Assembly (NCBI GenBank): GCA_049972095.1
Contig: JBMFKQ010000032.1
Location: 1 to 16,899, forward strand
Source: Elusimicrobiales bacterium
GTDB lineage: Bacteria; Elusimicrobiota; Elusimicrobia; Elusimicrobiales; UBA9959
DNA length: 16,899 nt
Direction: 5' to 3'
Under the pieces are notes generated by a model. That model was not told the DNA's origin. It made no database searches and saw only the letters and a list, made by a program, of their open reading frames with translations. Positions 14,451 through 16,899 of the stretch are shown here, piece by piece. Both the position numbers and the translations under genes were made by a program. Each line of letters opens with the position of its first letter. Positions within the stretch are counted from its first letter, which is position 1.

Positions 14451-15238
14451 CTTATTGAGTTAAGGAAGTTTTTTAAAGGGGATGTTGCCTCAGCAAACTC
14501 TTTTTCCGCAAGTATTCCCTTCAAATAAGCAATCCTTCCAGCTTCAACTGCTTTTGCAATAGCATAAGCCATCATTACTGGATCTTTTGCAATAGCAATT
14601 GCTGTGTTTACAAGAACAGCATCTGAACCCATCTCCATTGCCTTTGCTGCGTGAGAAGGTCTTCCAATGCCAGCATCTATTATTACCGGGATTTTAACCT
14701 CGTTTATTATTGCCTTTATAAGCTCCTCAGCTACAATACCCTTATTTGTTCCTATAAATGAGCCAAGTGGCATCACAGCGCTTGCTCCTGCGTCTTCTAA
14801 TTTTTTGGCAGTTATAAGATCTGGACTTATATAGGGAAAGACTTTAAAACCTTTTTTAACAAGTTCTTTTGTTGCTTTGATTGTTTCATAGTTATCTGGT
14901 GCAAGATATTTGTTATCTGCCTCTATTTCAATCTTTATCCAGTTAGTTTGAGTTATCTCAGCACCGATCTCTGCAATTTTTACTGCCTCTTTTGCATTTC
15001 TTGAGCCTGATGTATTTATCATTATAATAGTTTTTTTCGGTATAAAATCCATAATGTTTTCATATTTAGCATCAGGATTAATTCTTCTAACTGCAACAGT
15101 AAGAACTTCAACCCCAGTTTGTTTAATGATTTCTGGTATGATTTTATAGCTTGGAAGTTTCCCCGTTCCAATAAAAAGTCTTGAGTTGAGTTTTCTCCCC
15201 CCTACTTCAAAAAAATCAGTATTTTCCTCTCTCCTCAT
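14447..15238 (-). CDS. thiG: Thiazole synthase
   Basis: SRLFIGTGK, TVAVRR, NTSG, Schiff-base lysine in WIKIEI, L.PD, AVMPLGS.IG, IDAGIG.PSHAA.AME.G.DAVLVNTAIA and ATSP. The ATG at 15238 is preferred over the TTG at 15298, which lies inside thiS. Confidence 0.96.
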   Translation of the reverse strand: MRREENTDFFEVGGRKLNSRLFIGTGKLPSYKIIPEIIKQTGVEVLTVAVRRINPDAKYENIMDFIPKKTIIMINTSGSRNAKEAVKIAEIGAEITQTNWIKIEIEADNKYLAPDNYETIKATKELVKKGFKVFPYISPDLITAKKLEDAGASAVMPLGSFIGTNKGIVAEELIKAIINEVKIPVIIDAGIGRPSHAAKAMEMGSDAVLVNTAIAIAKDPVMMAYAIAKAVEAGRIAYLKGILAEKEFAEATSPLKNFLNSIR

Positions 15239-15275
15239 TCTTAAATTTTTTCTCTCAACCCTAACCTTTCTTACT

Positions 15276-15464
15276 TTATCCTCCTCCCACAAACCCAACT
15301 ATCTCAACATTATCCCCATCCTTTATTTTTTTCTTATCCCATTCTTTTTTACTCACAATCTTTCCATTGATTATCACACATACATTTTCAGAAAAGCTGT
15401 ATTTTTTCAACAACCCCTTAACACTTCCTGGATTTTTTATCTTGTTTGAGTTAAGCGTTATCAT
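15276..15464 (-). CDS. thiS: Sulfur carrier protein ThiS
   Basis: 62-aa ubiquitin-like protein: ING..V....W....IKDGDNVEIVGFVGGG with a C-terminal GG; first gene of the thi operon. Confidence 0.96.
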   Translation of the reverse strand: MITLNSNKIKNPGSVKGLLKKYSFSENVCVIINGKIVSKKEWDKKKIKDGDNVEIVGFVGGG

Positions 15465-15470
15465 AAAAAT

Positions 15471-15476
15471 ATTATA
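15471..15476 (-). promoter_or_regulatory. -10 box 6 nt before the thiS ATG (probable leaderless promoter)
   Basis: The - strand reads TATAAT-attttt-ATG; no SD. Confidence 0.55.
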
Positions 15477-15521
15477 TAAAAAGTGAAAGGTGAGAGGATT
15501 TTCAATGTTAGATATTGAATT

Positions 15522-16628
15522 TTAAATATTAATGTCTTTTATTATCTCTTTAACTATTTTTTGTGTTGAATTAACTGGTGATGGTATATCGATGGAATTA
15601 TAAGATCTTCTCATAATCTCAAGGCGATTTGATTCAAGTAAAAACCTTATATTTTTAATTATGTTTGTTATAAGCCATTCATCATCTTTTACTATAACTG
15701 CACATCTGTTTTCAAAAAGGAAAATTGCGTTTTCATATTGATGATTTGCAGCTGATGATGGAAGAGGTATAAGTATAGCAGGGGTTTTTGTTTGTATTAG
15801 TTCTGATATTGTTGATGAGCCTGCTCTTGATACAACAATGTCTGACATTGCATATATCTCATTCATATTCTCATAATAATCATAGAGTATAAGATTTTGT
15901 TTTAATCCTGCTGTTTCATATAGACTTTTCATCTCATCATAATTTTTCTTTCCAGTTATATGGATTACTGTTATGTTATTTATTTTATGTGTTAGATTAT
16001 CAAGCACAAAGTAGTAGGCTGCCTCATTTATCCTTTTTGCACCCTGACTTCCTCCAAAAAAAGTTATAACCCTATTTTGAGAAGGTATATTAAACCTTTT
16101 CTTTAAATCATCTTTTGAAATACTTTCTGAAAATATTTCTCTTATTGGTGTAGCGGTTAGTAATGATTTTTTCTCAAAAGGATTTTTTTTAACTGGAAGA
16201 CCAAGAAATATTTTCTTTGCGAAAAAACCAGATATATAATTTCCGATACCGAAAATTCTATTTGACTCATGGATATATATTGGTATCTTTCTAAGATATG
16301 CAGGGATTATAAAGGGAAAGGCAATATAGCTTCCTGTAGAAAAGATAAAATCAGGTTCAAAATCATATATTATCCTATTTGCAAAAATAACTGATTTTGT
16401 CAGTTTAAACAAAAATCTTACATATTTTAATGGATTTATAGTTCTTGGAAATGAAACCATATCTATCTCAACAAAAGGAATATCCTGTTTTATAAGAGCA
16501 TTCAATGATATATCATCCTTTTTGACTGCAAATACAATCTCATTTTTTCCTTTAGTAAATTCCTTTGCAACAGCAAAGGCAGGATAAAAATGCCCTCCTG
16601 TTCCTCCACCTGCAATAATACCTCTCAT
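15522..16628 (-). CDS. murG: Lipid I N-acetylglucosamine transferase MurG
   Basis: AGGGTGGHFYPA, TGSY, HESN..G..N, TPIR, GGSQGA..IN, SRAGSSTISE and HQYENA. The ATG at 16628 follows GGAGG (16636-16640); the extra 20 codons in the ORF track run through the promoter. Confidence 0.93.
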   Translation of the reverse strand: MRGIIAGGGTGGHFYPAFAVAKEFTKGKNEIVFAVKKDDISLNALIKQDIPFVEIDMVSFPRTINPLKYVRFLFKLTKSVIFANRIIYDFEPDFIFSTGSYIAFPFIIPAYLRKIPIYIHESNRIFGIGNYISGFFAKKIFLGLPVKKNPFEKKSLLTATPIREIFSESISKDDLKKRFNIPSQNRVITFFGGSQGAKRINEAAYYFVLDNLTHKINNITVIHITGKKNYDEMKSLYETAGLKQNLILYDYYENMNEIYAMSDIVVSRAGSSTISELIQTKTPAILIPLPSSAANHQYENAIFLFENRCAVIVKDDEWLITNIIKNIRFLLESNRLEIMRRSYNSIDIPSPVNSTQKIVKEIIKDINI

Positions 16629-16662
16629 TAAAAAACCTCCAGTCTTATTTAGGCTTTTTAAA

Positions 16663-16699
16663 ATTATACAAATTTTACACAAAATCATACTTCTTTCAA
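16663..16699 (-). promoter_or_regulatory. Putative murG promoter
   Basis: The - strand reads TTGAAA-16 nt-TAAAAT, followed by a second TATAAT, about 35-45 nt upstream of the ATG. Confidence 0.45.
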
Positions 16700-16899
16700 A
16701 TCAAATATAGTATTGGCCGGAAGCATTATATTCTGTCAAAACAGTGTTAGCAAAACCATCTGGCTACTGAAAAAGTAGTTAGTGTTGGTGAAATAAAGTA
16801 ATGCTGATAATTTAGAACCCTCTCTAATTATGCAATGATTGTTTCTGATGCATCAAGTGGTGCTGTAACTTGATTTATTTAAACCATAAAACATCATCG

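Noticed and set aside
189..15449. Short ORFs in the track lying opposite real genes (e.g. 189-380, 625-825, 1315-1614, 1803-2006, 2143-2340, 2779-3030, 4684-5043, 6075-6614, 7235-7504, 7594-7812, 8219-8536, 11370-11630, 12451-12636, 12494-12946, 12849-13169, 13981-14214, 15186-15449)
   Set aside because: They are antisense shadows of well-supported genes, rich in Phe/Ile/Ser/Leu, with no motifs or convincing RBS.
456..15464. A single sulfur/radical SAM super-cluster (thiI, radical SAM, lipA, thiSGHF) or a RiPP pathway using the protease and radical SAM enzyme
   Set aside because: The genes lie in separate transcription units with unrelated genes between them, each known gene has a standard role, and no precursor peptide or transporter is evident.
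15252..15496. Complementarity between CTCTCACCTTTC upstream of thiS and GAAAGG...TGAGAG at the thiS-thiG junction
   Set aside because: The match is split into 6-7 bp pieces ~230 nt apart, and the upstream part would not be in a leaderless transcript.
1..16899. CRISPR array, tRNA/rRNA, IS element, prophage or integron
   Set aside because: No regularly spaced repeats, cloverleaf motifs, transposase/integrase ORFs, or terminal repeats with target duplications were seen.

Overview
AT-rich (roughly 30% GC by eye) bacterial chromosomal segment, mostly housekeeping and cofactor genes. In order: 5'-truncated HEPN gene (+); thiI (-); a + operon (unknown 180-aa protein, asnS, HD-domain hydrolase); a B12-binding/radical SAM gene (-) that appears to start at a non-canonical ATT; a ~330-bp spacer holding a long imperfect hairpin; a tightly coupled hisS-aspS-lipA operon (-); a secreted trypsin-like serine protease (-) with a motif-rich promoter; an internally duplicated membrane protein (-); a thiS-thiG-thiH-thiF-thiE operon (-); and a stand-alone murG (-). 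I found no rRNA, tRNA, CRISPR array, transposase, integrase or recognisable riboswitch/T-box, and no clearly demonstrable new multi-gene system. The best leads are non-coding or translational: the structured 5.52-5.85 kb spacer (ncRNA, leader, or possible type I toxin-antitoxin layout), the ATT-initiated radical SAM gene, apparently leaderless thi and membrane-protein mRNAs, and the paired operator-like boxes before the protease. All family calls come from motif recognition; no searches were run.
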